Origin: Azolla caroliniana
Taxonomy: Eukaryota; Plantae; Polypodiophyta
Direction: 5' to 3'
Assembly: GCA_043228905.1 (NCBI GenBank)
Contig: JBHGNT010000016.1
Span: 5,766,001-5,830,000, forward strand
DNA length: 64,000 nucleotides
Shown here: positions 11,100 to 24,355 of the stretch, piece after piece
Layout of the letters: each line of letters begins with the position of its first letter
How positions within the stretch are numbered: the stretch's first letter is position 1
Translations under genes and position numbers: made by a program
Notes under the pieces: model-generated
The model's input: the letters and a program-made list of their open reading frames with translations, nothing else
What the model was told of the DNA's origin: nothing
Databases searched by the model: none

Positions 11100-13438
11100 T
11101 CATAAGAAATATTTCATTCTTTCATCCTTCTTCATAGCTTGATATACTGCCTGAACCTGAAAAAACGTGGTGTGTTGAGGATAGCAGCCGAAATGTGCAT
11201 ATATAAAGACCAAACACATGTTCCGAAGTTTTTCCTTAATAATTGTAAACGTTCCTTTCAGTGCATGAAATAACAGGAAATTACATGTGAAAATATAATA
11301 AAATATTATAGGAATTTAATTGAAATTTTCAGGTCAGATTTTGTTTAATTATAACATTGGTCATGGACTATTTACAAAAAGAGCACAGAAAAACTTATTG
11401 TATAACAAACCTGATCACTGGAGTCAACTTCGACAGGTCCAATCCTTACAGATACATATTTTCCTTTAGAAGACAAACTCAACTTCACATCATCCTATGA
11501 AAGCATTAACCATCATAATCAATAAATACTTCATTCAAACAGCTCTAATGTAATCATAACCATATTAATTTAGGGACTAGGCATAAATAAGTGATGAAAT
11601 CCATCATTGTAGTATAATTTACTGATGACAAGATTAAGATTAATGACCTCTAAGATAGCACACTCAAGAACAGATTCCACTGCACCGATCATAGCTTGAA
11701 CAAAATCGTCCCCTCCACTTCCAATTGCCGTAAAGTTGACACTTGTAGGGTAAGAATTTACCTAGCCAAAACAATACCAAAAGTTTAAATATTTGAATCT
11801 TTAATAAAACATTAATACTCATAAAAGCTTTTGAGCAGTCAAGGAGAACAGGTTAGGACCAGAGCACTTAGTTCAAGTCATTTTGATACCCATGTGACTA
11901 CAACCAAATTCAAATAAGTTGCAGATCCTTTTTAGATGTATATGATCCAGAATATCAAAATATTCAATATAGCACTTTGATCAATTCTTTGACCGCGTTT
12001 AACAAAGCTACTTCTTTAAATTTGAAATCTGAATTCTCTACTCTAGTATTCTCCAAGGAAAATAAACAAAACAAATATAATCACAAAAACCTACGAAAAG
12101 CTGTCTGAATCGGTCACACCCAATCTATTTACGAATTAGTATTATATTTCAAACACCTTGTTTGGCTCTAAAGGTTTCATATGATATGATTTAGTATGAC
12201 TAGAGATATATAATATTGACTTGACATGATATTCCCATGCCAATTCATCTATGTTTAGGGCACTTCCATGTTCATGAACTCAGTTTAACATTCTCAGTTT
12301 TAGATTCTGCACACACAGCTCTTGAGCTATGCTAGGAATCCTGAAAATAATGATGAAGTACCTTCTCATTTAAAGCCTTCCATTCATCATCATTTGCTCC
12401 AGTAACTGTACCACCCATGATTACATTAGTGGTTCTTGCAGTTCTACCCTCAGCTTTAGCAGCTTCTGAAAAAATAAAAATAGAAACATTCAACAATGCA
12501 CTCGCTGAAACTCAAAACAGCAAATATATTCTGCTCCTGCTCTTCTTTACATACATACACACATGGAGTGTACATGTGCACATACACTCCCAGATTATAG
12601 ATACACAAATACAAGTGCATGCACAGATACATACATATGTATATATATATAGAGAGAAAAACTCCAAAATAATTTATGGTTTTTCCTGTATTTTCCCAAA
12701 TGGACCTAAATTTTTATTACCTCCAAGGTGCCCCTGATAAACCCATGAAAGAGAGAGAAGGGGAATGAAACTACCGTTCAATTATTCGAACAACAGATGT
12801 AAATGAAAAACAGGGATGATTCAGACCATATGATTCAGACAAAATGTGAATTACCCATATAATTGCTCCAATAGCACATATAACCGAGATGAAGAAAACG
12901 AAATGACCATATAATTACTCAAATGTAAGAAGATGATGGATTGGCATAATTTCTCAGGTACCATGTATAATTAAGAAACAGCAGATCAATTGGACAAATA
13001 GTTGCTAAAATAGACCATATAATTGAGAAATAGACTGGTAAAAATGGAAATTTGCAGGCAATTTTAGGGAACTCAAGAAAAACGGAGGGTATTTCAGAAT
13101 CTTCACCATGTATACACACACATGGACATATACACGTATACATATACATATACATATACACATAAATATACATATGCACATGCACATAAATACATAGTAC
13201 ACGTTTATGTATACATGTATAACATGAGAGGAATACCTGAGAGGGCCTCTAGAACAGTGTCCTGAGGAGGTTGAAAGGAGGCTCTGGACTCACATCTGAC
13301 AGCAACAAACAGAGATGGCGCAGAGTGTGGGCTCCTCTTCAATACGCGACGACTTCCTGCTTGCTTCAATATGTGGCAGGAGGTTCCCGTTGTTCGAAAC
13401 CCTAACCCTACGAAAGAAGAGCAAACCAGAGCTCCCAT
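11100..13438 (-). CDS. DUF493 / YbeD-like (ACT-fold) protein with probable plastid transit peptide, 5 exons, ~186 aa
   Basis: Exons 13438-13237, 12465-12362, 11761-11648, 11494-11411, 11156-11100, all GT-AG and in phase. Protein reads ...PPQDTVLEALSEAAKAEGRTARTTNVIMGGTV...LNEKVNSYPTSVNFTAIGSGGDDFVQAM...SSKGKYVSVRIGPVEVDSSDQVQAVYQAMKKDERMKYFL*. Confidence 0.88.
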
Positions 13439-13649
13439 GGCCGCGGGGCCAGCAGCGATGGACAGAAATCTCGATCGACGATGGAATCCTCCTCCCTCTG
13501 CGGATTCGATGAGAGAGCCTGAGAGAGGAACAGAGGAGGGGGAACCCTATACTAAGGACAGTTTTGCAATTTCCTATGAATTTCTTTTCTTTTGGAGCAC
13601 AAGGTCGTGAAGAAATAAATAAGAAGCTCTCACTCAAAATGAAGATATT

Positions 13650-13675
13650 TATACATACATTATACACACATGTAC

Positions 13676-13707
<32 letters not shown>

Positions 13708-14001
13708 ATATATGTATGTACATCTATGTATGTATATGTAATAATGTATATGTATGTATATCTTATATGTATATCTATCATCTATGTATGTCTATGTCTA
13801 TGTATGTATATGTAATAATGTATATGTATGTATATCTTATATGTATATCTATCATCTATGTATGTCTATGTCTATGTCTATGTCTATGTCTATGTCTATG
13901 TCTATGTCTATGTCTATGTCTATAAGTATATGTATATGTATATGTATATGTATGTGTAGTGTGGTGCGTGTGTGTGCGTGTGTGTGCGTGTGCGCGCGCG
14001 C
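13650..14001. repeat. Compound microsatellite (TATG)n/(TATGTC)n/(TATATG)n/(GT)n with an internal ~74-bp duplication
   Basis: Directly visible; source of several spurious MYVC-type ORFs. Confidence 0.95.
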
Positions 14002-15431
14002 CTACCTCAAACAATGTTCGACCGAAATGCATTACTACCTAACCTAGCCTGCCAAGATGGTATGTTATTGATTTATTTGGCATTTTCAAGTTTTGGGGTT
14101 TCTCAATGCGCCCGAATTGGGTTCCTAGATTATTGATGGTTGCACCATGTTTGGGTAGCCCACGACACTTTGCCTATGTTACCATATGAATGTAGGTTAT
14201 GGTTGTTGCCACTCGTCTATATTTTAGGTTGCACACAACACCTTGTTCGTTACCTTATAAAGAGCTATATGTGACTCTTCAAGCTAGTTTAGACTTTGTT
14301 CCTTTTGCCATCCATTGATTGTCTATGGAATACCCTCTTTAGTGTATGTTGGGTGAGATTTGCTCGCCCCGTTTTTTTCTTGCAATCTATTTTGAACCCA
14401 CTACATAGATGCAAGTTCTTGTTCGATTGATCAGCCTAAGCCATGCTTAAGGAGCATAGTCATACTAGCCAATGTGCATTTGTGGTGTTCTCTAATCCAA
14501 ACAAGCTAGCAATAAATTTTGATGTTGATGGATTGGTCTTTTCAAAGCTTGTTGACAAGTCATCTAGGTTTTGGAGATTATCATTGTGGTTAATATGTAC
14601 AATATGTGAGGGTTTGGTTTCACGTGCAATGATTATGGAGGAGTAACCCAATCTATTCCATTTTGAAGACCAATTTGATAAGGATGCCGAATTTGTCCCT
14701 TGCTATTCACTGTCGTCCCACAATTCAAATCTTGTTAAGTTGCATATTATGCTAGTGGATCAAGAATTGATCGGATTGAGGTCACCATAAGGGAATCCTT
14801 ACAAGGCATAAAGCTTTAGCACATGGTCATATTAAAAAGGATTCCTTTCAATTTCCATTGCAAATTCCATCATCGGAAATGTCGAGGAATCGATCACACG
14901 AAGACAGATACAATGAGTGCAGGCATGGGGATGAACATCATGTTCGTCGTCCATCGCAAGCTGATGTGTAGGTCGGATAGTGAGTTCTCATTCTCACTGT
15001 TATCTAGGATGTCAGGCAAAGATCAACATGGTGTGCCCCAAGATATTAGAGTCTCGGAGGAGTGGATCCAAGTTCCATGGGTAAGTCACTTGGTTCATGT
15101 ATAAAGATGTAAATGTGAAAGCTATACATATCTATCATTTAGTGAAGGGGCAAAGGGCAAGGACTAGGGAGAGGATATGGAGGGGGGTATTTTTGGAGAT
15201 ATTTGGAAACTCGAGGGGTAGGGGTATTTTTGGTAATTACTAATTACTCGATTTTCTTCTCTTTTTCACTGTTAAGCCCAAAACTCGATCAGACGACGAC
15301 GGCGAGGACGAAGAAGAAGAAGAAAGAAGAAGAAAGAAGAAGAAGAAGAAGAGCCCGCAGGAACGCAAGGGACAGACGTAGCTGATTCTCCATCCGCGCG
15401 TCTCTCTGCCTCCGCGTGTTTTTACTTACGC

Positions 15432-18400
15432 ATGGCTCTCTCCATTCGCCAGAAGCAAACAGGTTCTCTCCTTCTCTCTCCCCTACCAACCCTAATTCCT
15501 TTCCCTAGTTTATTCTTGTCAGGGATGGATGGATATGGAAAACGGAAAACAAAATAAATACTAGAATGGAAAGGAAACCTGTTCATCATCGATCATATTT
15601 TTGATGAAACCTTCTGTATGAGCAGATCTGGTTCATTCTGGGCACGTCAAATCCTAAATCTCTAAAAAATAGGAATTTTCTTTTAGATAAGAGAAATCAA
15701 ACTGTGAATGTGGTTAAATCTATGTAAAATTCTTATATGGATAGATCTGATTCATTTTCTGGAAAGAAAAACCGTAATTCTTTTTGTAGAAATTATGTCA
15801 GGGAGAAACAAAGCTGTGAAAGTGGTTCAATGTACGTGGATTTTTTATATGAACAGATCCTATTAATCAGAAAATGGAAAATCCTAAATTTAAAAGTGAT
15901 CATTATATTACAGATCTGATTCATTCTTTAAAAAATGTACTAACTGAACTCTTTATCTAGGGCTTTTATAGAAAAACCAAACAAATTGTGATTGTGGTCC
16001 AATCTAAGCAAAGCAAGATTCTTTTATGAATAGATCTTATATATTCATTGGTAATGAAAAATCCTAATTCTGTAACTACGAACTATATCAGAGAAAAATT
16101 GAACTGTGAATGCACTGCAATTAATGCAAGAGCCTCATTTTGAAGATAACCGGATATCCTTTTTTGCAGTTACTAGATTTAAGAAGTAGATCCAAAGTCT
16201 AGGACATTGTGTGAGAAAGAATTTTCCATTTTTCTTCTTGGATACTCTGCAGAAAGAGTTTTTGAAAGAAAACCTTAACCAAACGGCTAAGTTTCATTTT
16301 ATGCATAAACATTTAGGAATTTATGTGAAAATGCAACAAGTTGATTCTTACTGCAAAATGTATTAGTTCTTGTTGGTGTTTGTTCCTTCATCACTAATTC
16401 CAATTGGCAAAATAAAAAATTTGAGAAGTAATTTTGCGACTGCTCTATATCTCCTTTGCATTGTGTACTTCCTTGACTTCTATGTATGATTTCGTAGCTT
16501 GAGGTTTAAATGAATATTTTCTCAAAATGAGGCTTTGATAGCAAAATTTAGGAAGGTAATAAAGATTGTAAAATCTGAAGCAATTGTGCATTTTGAGTTA
16601 TCATATTGCTTTATATGCTTCGAAAATATGTCAATTATCTGTAGCAGAACTAGGTTAAACGTTTTCTAACTGAGTTTTTATTTCATGAAAAAATTCATTA
16701 GTTAAATCAAAATCACAATGAACTAGTCTTGATAATTTTGCTTTTATATCTTGCTTTACATGCTTAATAAAAAACTCAGAATACTGTTTTTGTGACAAAA
16801 AGATGCCAAACCTGAACAATTGGGATGTTGGAAATTTGAGAATGACCATTTAATTCTAAACTTGAAGTTCGGAAAATCTTCAAATTTTGAGAAAATCTAG
16901 AACAAAAACCTTTGAATTTGCTACATTTCCCTTTAGATAATTCCATAATTAATAAATGAAGATATGTTGGCTATTTTATTGAACCGTGAATGTCTAATAT
17001 TTTATGACGCAGATGCTGTGGTGAAAATGCTGAACTTGAACCAATCAGTTGCAAGTGGTGGAACTGCTGATGAGGAGGTATACAAAGTCCTTGTACTTGA
17101 TCGGTTCTGCCGTGATATTCTTTCTCCATTGATTCGTGTTAATGATCTCCGCAAGCATGGGATAACTCTTTACTTCACCATAGATAAAGAAAGACAGACT
17201 ATACCAGATGTTCCTGCAGTATATTTTGTCCAGCCAACCATCGCTAACGTGGAAAGGATTATCAAAGATGCATCAAATGGGATCTATGAGAATTTTCATC
17301 TAAATTTCTCTTCTTCGGTCTCACGTCCACTTTTGGAAGAACTTGCGTCTAGAGCCCTGAATGCAGACTGCATTCAACGCATCTCTAAGATATTTGATCA
17401 ATATTTGGAATTTATCACATTGGAGCATGGCATGTTTTCTCTAGGTCAACCACTCACATATGTTCAGCTCAATGATCCACAAGCACAAGATAAGGACGTG
17501 GAAGCAACAGTAGAACGCATTGTTAACGGGCTTTTTAGTGTATTAGTAACCCTAGGAGTTGTTCCTGTGATTCGTTGCCCTAAGGGGGGACCTGCAGAGA
17601 TGGTTGCATCTCAGTTGGACTCTAAATTAAGAGAACATCTAACTGCTCGAAATAACCTCTTCACAGAAGCTGGACATCTCGGAAGCTCGTTTCAACGCCC
17701 ACTTTTATGCATTTTTGATAGGAATTTTGAGCTTGCTGCTGGTGTTCAACATGTGTGGAGTTATAGATCTATGGTGCATGATGTTTTAGGGATGAAGTTA
17801 AACCGTGTAGTTCAGGGTGGGAAAGCATATGAACTAGATGACTCGGATTCCTTTTGGGTCTCGAATAGCAGTGCACCTTTCTCTAAGATTGCTGAAATGG
17901 TGGAAGCTCAATTGAATAAATACAAGCAAGATGTGGATGCGGTTAATAGAAGGGCAGGAAGTAAAGGAGAGATGGATTTTGATGATCAAGAACTAATTGG
18001 AAATACAAAGCATCTAATGAGTGCTGTCAACTCTCTTCCAGAGTTGACTGAGAGGAAAAAGATGATAGATAAGCACACAAATCTTGCCACTGCTTTGCTG
18101 AGTGAAATCAAGGCAAGGTCAATAGATGGATATTACAACCTAGAAGATGATATGCTTGCACGGGGAAGTGTGGATCGAAATGCATTGCTAACTATTCTCA
18201 AAGGCAAGGGAACAAAGGAAGACAAACTCCGAACTGCGATCGTATATTTGCTAGCAATTGAGGTGACACCTGCAGCTGAAATAGAAGCAATTGAAGGGGC
18301 TCTAAAAGAGGCAGATATTGACATTTCATCTTTTCTTTATGTGAAAAAGATGAAATCTCTCAACTCAACACTTGTGGCAGCAGCTTCAGGGAGTAGAAAC

Positions 18401-18814
18401 AATCTTGTTGATTGGGCTGAAAAGCTATATGGACAATCACTTAGTGCTGTAACAGCTGGTGTGAAAAACTTGTTATCTGGAGCAAGGCAGCTTGCTGTAA
18501 CCAGAGCTATGGAATCCTTAATGGAGGCGAGACCTGGACCTGAAACAGAAGGTTATCTTGTTTTTGATCCAAGGTCTCCTAAGTCGAGTTCTTTAGGCCA
18601 CCTGCAAGGAACATTTAAGGAAGCTATTGTGTTTATGATCGGAGGGGGAAACTACAATGAATATTTGAGTCTTCAAGAGCTTGCACAACGGCAACAACCC
18701 ACAAAGAATATAATCTATGGTACAACTGAGGTGCTAACAGGAGTAGAGTTTGTGCAACAGCTGGCAGAATTAGGGAGGAAAATGGGTTTGGGAGGGAATA
18801 TACAGATGCAATGA
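15432..18814 (+). CDS. SLY1: Sec1/Munc18-family ER-Golgi SM protein SLY1, 2 exons, ~610 aa
   Basis: Exon 1 15432-15462 (MALSIRQKQT), GT-AG intron, exon 2 17013-18814 (DAVVKMLNLNQ...YKVLVLDRFCRDILSPL..VNDLRKHGITL...KEAIVFMIGGGNY.EY), matching the plant SLY1 N-terminus. Confidence 0.95.
15600..16125. repeat. Diverged ~110-120-bp minisatellite (4-5 copies) in SLY1 intron 1
   Basis: Recurring anchors ATGAA(C/T)AGATC-like, AAATCCTAA and (A/T)(C/T)TGTGA(A/T)(T/A)GTGG at roughly regular spacing. Confidence 0.6.
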
Positions 18815-19399
18815 TCTATGACATGTGAGCCATATTTTTTGTAACAATCTGAATATATTTTGCCTTTTTCTTTCACTTTTATGAATTCAATATCAATTGG
18901 TTGGCTAAGTTCAACTTGAGGAAGGAAACTTGGCACGTGTTCTAGTCGTCTGAGGCATAATTGGTGAGCGAGGGTGGAGATGTCTCTCTTCTGTTTCAAG
19001 GAAGCATATGCTTATCAAGTTTGAGAGTTTTTTTTTATAGTATTAAAATTATATTTTAACTTAACCAAGGGGTCCTAGAATTTATAGTTTTTGCTATGTT
19101 GTAATGCAGCTTACAGAATTATATTGGCCAAAAATGTTTGGTGTGCAACAATCTGCTATTGGAAGGCTCAGATTTAATAAAACTTCACTTGAGATTACAC
19201 ACATTCAAAATACCCATGTAAAATACATGCAACATGCATACAATAGGGAACTCATTTGTTGCCATATGTTCAAATTGGGACATGAAATTTCCCAATTGTT
19301 AGATTGCAAGAGAGTCGAGTATTTTTCTCCATTGGCCAAGGTTCCGAGTGTATAGATTTTGTGACGTCTCTTTTCCCATGTTTTGAAGAATATGTTGGA

Positions 19400-20640
19400 G
19401 GTACATATATGAGCAATGGCTTGTCTTAATTAAGATTGACGTGTAAAAGGGCAGACCTTCCTTTGTTGGTATTCAAAGGTTGATCGCTTCCTAACCTATT
19501 GCATGCTCCATATTGTATTGGGCAAGAAAAAGATAATGGTATACAAGAAAGATAAAAGCTATCAAACAGGATTGGGAAGAACTTGCTCAAAAGCATATTG
19601 GTTGGAATCCATTCTTATCATAATTGCTTCACACAAGATCTCTCATTTTCTTGTTTCATGGCTCATTTTATTTCCATGTTTGCCCACTCAAGAGGAAACC
19701 AATTGGAGATAAGTAGGTTAGTTGTCAAACCTTTGAAAAATATCCCATAACAAATTTAAGGGTGTACCAATCATCGGAAGTCTTTTAAACTCTCTTATGG
19801 AATGACCAATGCCAATCATGAAAAACATGCTCTTTGTAAACATTTATCTCCTTTTATCCGATTATTGTTAGCTATTTAAGTATTTTTTAATGGTTATGAA
19901 AAATGTTGCACCTACCTTTGAAGAATGTCCCATTACAAACTTAAGGGGAATTGCAACTATTGGAGATCTTTTAAAAAACACTTCTTAAATGGCCAATGGC
20001 AACTATGAGAAACATTGTTCTTTGCAAAAAATTAATGACTACTTTGAATGATTGTTAGCTATTTAAGTATTTTTAAATGGTTATGAGAAACATTACTCTT
20101 TGCAACCATTTCAAATTGTTGTTAGCTATTTAAGGTATTTTGAATGGTTCACAGTGTTAGGTCTATGGAGGAACAAATTACTTATTATCTTTAGGGAGAG
20201 GTCCAATAATTGGTGGCAAGTTGTGAAAGGCTGGCCTTATTTTCATAGCTAAGATAATTATTTGGAGGGTTATGATGAGTGGATTATCTCTAGGAGTTGC
20301 CTTGAAATGAAAGAGAGTTGCTTTTGGAATGTGTTATTTTTCGTAATTTTAGAGAGACTTAGTTAACATTGATTTATCAATTGTCCACTAGCAATATTTG
20401 TTTGGAAATTCATATTCACAATGTGGGTTTTTTTCATTGGAGTATCAAAATCCCCATTGGAATGATGATTTTGCTCGAGTGAAGTTAAGAGTGCCTTGGA
20501 TTTTCAATCTGTAATTTGAGTTTTGTAGGGAGATTATGACATTATAGGTGTATATGGAACACCTTTGTTTTCAATGCTCAATATAGAGATTAGAGACACA
20601 TTTGACAATTAAAAGGCATATTGATATGGTAGTTCTCATT
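19400..20640 (+). mobile_element. Decayed L1-type LINE (RT and zf-RVT remnants) containing a diverged direct repeat at ~19730-20150
   Basis: 'LIKIDV*KG' (resembles LKIDFEKA) at ~19425. 'IIIWRVMMSGLSLGVALK..GMCYFF..H*FINCPLAIFVWKFI' (zf-RVT-like) at ~20255-20415. Multiple stops. Confidence 0.6.
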
Positions 20641-20859
20641 GTAGAGATTTCATGGAGGTTAGCAATCACCTTGCAATATCACAATGTTTGCTACATATCA
20701 AGACTCGATGCAAAAAAGAAAAAATCTCGTATTTGGGGGGGGGGGGGGGACAAACTTTCTTTTCGAGTGGTCATCTAAAATCATAGGCCACTACCAAGTT
20801 TGTCCGTGTTGTCATCCATCCTTGACCACATGCTTGGACATCCATATTCCATACATGCA

Positions 20860-20901
20860 TATACATACATACATACATACATACATACATACATACATAC
20901 A

Positions 20902-20937
<36 letters not shown>

Positions 20938-20959
20938 TACATACATACATACATACATA

Positions 20960-20995
<36 letters not shown>

Positions 20996-21011
20996 TATGA
21001 GTGTGTGTGTG
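20860..21011. repeat. (TACA)n microsatellite with TA/GT flanks
   Basis: Directly visible. Confidence 0.95.
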
Positions 21012-21244
21012 TTTCCTCTTTTCAGAACTATAATACTTTGCATCATGGACTAGTTCTCATACCAGCTTGCACGTCTCTGCTGAAGGTTCCACATTGAAAA
21101 GGAGGTGGCATTTTGCAGAAATGGGTTGCAATCCCTGAGTGGGAATGGTTCATATGAGCAGGGTAAGTGCTCATGTGTAGTAGAATCAGCTTAACTTGAA
21201 AATGAACCTAATTACAAGAATGTAAGAAAAAGCTCAAAACAAAA

Positions 21245-24200
21245 ATGAAGCTGCAAATGGGGAGATGTGACTACCCATTGCAGTCTAATAGAGAAGGCCT
21301 TTTGTCTTTACTAAAAACATGCACAAAATCAAGAGATATGAAAATAGGGCAAGAAATACATGCCACAATTGTGAGGATGGGTTTACTCAAAATGGACCCT
21401 TTCATCGGAACGTCTCTCGTCAACATGTATGCTAAATGTGGTTCACTTTCCAAAGCAAGACGTGTTCTCCATGAGCTTCCAGCTCGGGACGTGGTCTCTT
21501 GGACAGCTATTATAGCCGGATATGTCCAACATGGGCAACCGGAGGAAGCTCTTGAATGTTTCCAGATAATGCAATTGGATGATGGTGTATCCCCTGATGC
21601 TATTACATTTGTTTATGCATTGAAATCTTGTGCTAACATAAAGGACATATGTAAGGGACGAGAATTGCATAATCAGATCAAAAGAAATTCTCTTCAACAC
21701 GACCTTCTTGTCTGCACTGCTTTGGTGGATATGTATGGTAAGTGTGGTTTTCTTGCTAAAGCGAAAGAGGTCTTTGATGAGATCCATACACAAGATGTTG
21801 TGTTATGGACATCATTGATTGAGGGTTACTTGGAACATGGGCATTACGAAGAGGTTCTTGATAGTTTCAATCGTATGCAACTTGAAGGTGTTTCTTTGGA
21901 TACTTTCACATTTATATGTGGCTTGAAATCTTGTGGCAACATGGCCACTGCAAAGCAAGGGTTAGAAATACACGCCCGAATCCAATGCAGGGGTTTTCTT
22001 GAAGTAGACCCAATAATTGGTAATGTGTTAGTTGATATGTATGCTAAATGTGGTCAACTTATCAACATGGCTGAAAGAGCCTTTGATTCACTTCCAAGTC
22101 GAGATGTAATCTCGTGGACCACTTTAATTGGTGGGTATGTGGACCAAAAATGTAGTAAAGAAGCAATTAAATGTTTCGAACAAATGCAGCTTGAGGGTAT
22201 CTTGCCAAATCATGTCACATTTATGTACATCTTAAAGGCTTGTGAAAACACATGGGCCATCAGGAAGGGCCAGAAGGTACATGCTCAGATTGAGGGAATG
22301 GGGCTATCTGAAAGAACGCCCTTCATTGGCAATGTTCTAATAGATATGTATGCCAAATCTGGATTGCTTGCTAGTTCTCGAGAAGTGTTCGACAACCTTC
22401 GTGTTCGAGATGTCATCTCTTGGACAACCCTCATAATAGGATTCTATGAGTATGGGGATGATGAGGAGGCATTGAACTGTTTCAATAAAATGCAGATTGA
22501 AGGTGTCAGTCCCAACACTCACACGATGGTTTGTATCTTGAGAGCTTGTGGGAGCATGGTTGATGTAGGAAACGGGCTAGAGATCCATGCACATATGGAG
22601 AAGAAAGGATGGCTTGATAGTGATGTTGCAGTTGGTACGGCCTTACTTGATATGTTTGTTAAATGTGGTTTACTTCCCGAAGCACATAAAATATTCAGTA
22701 CACTTCATTTTAGAGATGTGGTATCGTGGACCACATTAATTGGAGGATTTGTGCAATTTGGGCATGCTGCTGAAGCACTCGAATTATTCGACAAGATGAG
22801 GATTGAGGGTATCACTCCAGATGCCATTTCATTTTTCTATGCCTTAAAAGCTTGTAATAGCATACAGGCAAGAGAGAAGGTGGATGAAATACACATAGAG
22901 ATAGAGAGAAAAGGGCTTGTCACAAATGACCTTATCATTGGTGCAACATTAGTCGGCACCTACTTCAAATGTGGTTTCGTGTTGAAAGCCCGCGAAGTGT
23001 TTGAAAAGCTTCCAATTAGGAGTGTGTTGACATGGACCTCGATGATTTCCGGATACGCTGAACATGGTTATGTTCATGAAGCATTACAGTGTCTTGAACA
23101 GATGCAAATCCAAGGAATCTCCCCGAATGCCCTCACCCTCATGCATTGCTTGAAAGTTTGTGGCAATAAAGCATCAATAGGTAAAGGTAGAGAACTACAC
23201 CTTGAGATTGAACGGAGTGGAATGGTCGAAAAAGATATCCGTGTTGGAGGGGCATTAGTTGACATGTATGGAAAATCAGGCTTACTTGGCGTAGCAAAAC
23301 AAATCTTGGAGAGTTTGTCGGTACATGATGTGATCTTATGGAATTCTTTGATCTCGAATTATGTAAAACATGGCCAGAGTGAGCAAGCACTTGTATGCTT
23401 TGAGGAAATGCAATTGAAGGGTGTTATTCCGGATGCGGTAACACTTACTTATGCCTTGGAAGCGTGTGCAACGATGAGCATTCAAGCAATAAGGAAGGGC
23501 CGAGAATTAGAAGCACGGGCCAAAAGTATGGATTTGCTTGAAAAAGACATGTATATTGGAAGCACCTTGGTTAATATGTATGCTGAACATGGTATGCTTG
23601 CAAGCATGCAAGAAATATTTGATAAGCTTCCCATCAGAAATGTTGTTTTATGGACAGTATGCATATCTGGGTATGTTAAGCTAGGATATTGCAAAGAGGC
23701 CCTTGAGTTCTTTGAATTGATGAGACTCGACGGCATCCCTCCAAATGCAGCCACATATGTTTGTGGCCTTAAAGCATGTGGTAATGTGGGAGCCATGGAA
23801 AAAATCATAGAATTACATGGTGAGATTGAAAGCATGGGGCTGCTGTTAAAAGATGTTGAGCTTGGCAATGCCTTCATTGATGCATATGCCAAGTCTGGTT
23901 CTCTTATTGTTGCCAAACATGTATTTGAGAAGCTTCCAATACATAATGTTGTCTCATGGAACTTGTTGCTTGGAGGATATGCCTATCATGGCAAAATAGA
24001 TGAGTTTTCCCATAGCTTTAATAGGATGTTTTTTGAGCATATGGAACCAGATCCTATCACGTTCCTGATTGTTCTCAATGTAAGCAACCGTATAGTTCAT
24101 CCTAGCGAATGTGATTCTTTCTTTGAGCATCTAACAAAACATTTTGGGGTTGTTCCAAACCATGGACATGATATGCAAAAGATTAAATTTCTTTGCCACA

Positions 24201-24355
24201 AAGGCATTTTAGATGAGGCAATGAGCATGATAAAAAGGATGCCTTCCCTCAATAATGTTGTTGCGTGGCGTGTTTTATTAAGCTCTTGTACATATTACGG
24301 AAATTTTGACATGGGAACGCATGCATTTGAGCACGCCGTGTCTTGCACAAATTAG
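21245..24355 (+). CDS. PLS-class pentatricopeptide repeat protein (~9 PLS triplets + E1, truncated E2), intronless
   Basis: Repeating 'DVVSWT.LI.GY..HG..EEAL..F..MQ.EG..P(D/N)' / 'TF...LKACG' / 'GN.LVDMYAKCG' triplets. E1 motif 'VVAWRVLLSSCTYYGNFDMG'. Confidence 0.95.
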   Translation: MKLQMGRCDYPLQSNREGLLSLLKTCTKSRDMKIGQEIHATIVRMGLLKMDPFIGTSLVNMYAKCGSLSKARRVLHELPARDVVSWTAIIAGYVQHGQPEEALECFQIMQLDDGVSPDAITFVYALKSCANIKDICKGRELHNQIKRNSLQHDLLVCTALVDMYGKCGFLAKAKEVFDEIHTQDVVLWTSLIEGYLEHGHYEEVLDSFNRMQLEGVSLDTFTFICGLKSCGNMATAKQGLEIHARIQCRGFLEVDPIIGNVLVDMYAKCGQLINMAERAFDSLPSRDVISWTTLIGGYVDQKCSKEAIKCFEQMQLEGILPNHVTFMYILKACENTWAIRKGQKVHAQIEGMGLSERTPFIGNVLIDMYAKSGLLASSREVFDNLRVRDVISWTTLIIGFYEYGDDEEALNCFNKMQIEGVSPNTHTMVCILRACGSMVDVGNGLEIHAHMEKKGWLDSDVAVGTALLDMFVKCGLLPEAHKIFSTLHFRDVVSWTTLIGGFVQFGHAAEALELFDKMRIEGITPDAISFFYALKACNSIQAREKVDEIHIEIERKGLVTNDLIIGATLVGTYFKCGFVLKAREVFEKLPIRSVLTWTSMISGYAEHGYVHEALQCLEQMQIQGISPNALTLMHCLKVCGNKASIGKGRELHLEIERSGMVEKDIRVGGALVDMYGKSGLLGVAKQILESLSVHDVILWNSLISNYVKHGQSEQALVCFEEMQLKGVIPDAVTLTYALEACATMSIQAIRKGRELEARAKSMDLLEKDMYIGSTLVNMYAEHGMLASMQEIFDKLPIRNVVLWTVCISGYVKLGYCKEALEFFELMRLDGIPPNAATYVCGLKACGNVGAMEKIIELHGEIESMGLLLKDVELGNAFIDAYAKSGSLIVAKHVFEKLPIHNVVSWNLLLGGYAYHGKIDEFSHSFNRMFFEHMEPDPITFLIVLNVSNRIVHPSECDSFFEHLTKHFGVVPNHGHDMQKIKFLCHKGILDEAMSMIKRMPSLNNVVAWRVLLSSCTYYGNFDMGTHAFEHAVSCTN

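Noticed and set aside
13564-14047. Overlapping MYVC/CICI-type ORFs (also at 20684-21097 and 46178-46833)
   Set aside because: Artefacts of TATG/TACA microsatellites that lack stops in several frames.
16964-17012. ORF-track N-terminus of SLY1
   Set aside because: Intronic; the conserved N-terminus is supplied by exon 15432-15462.
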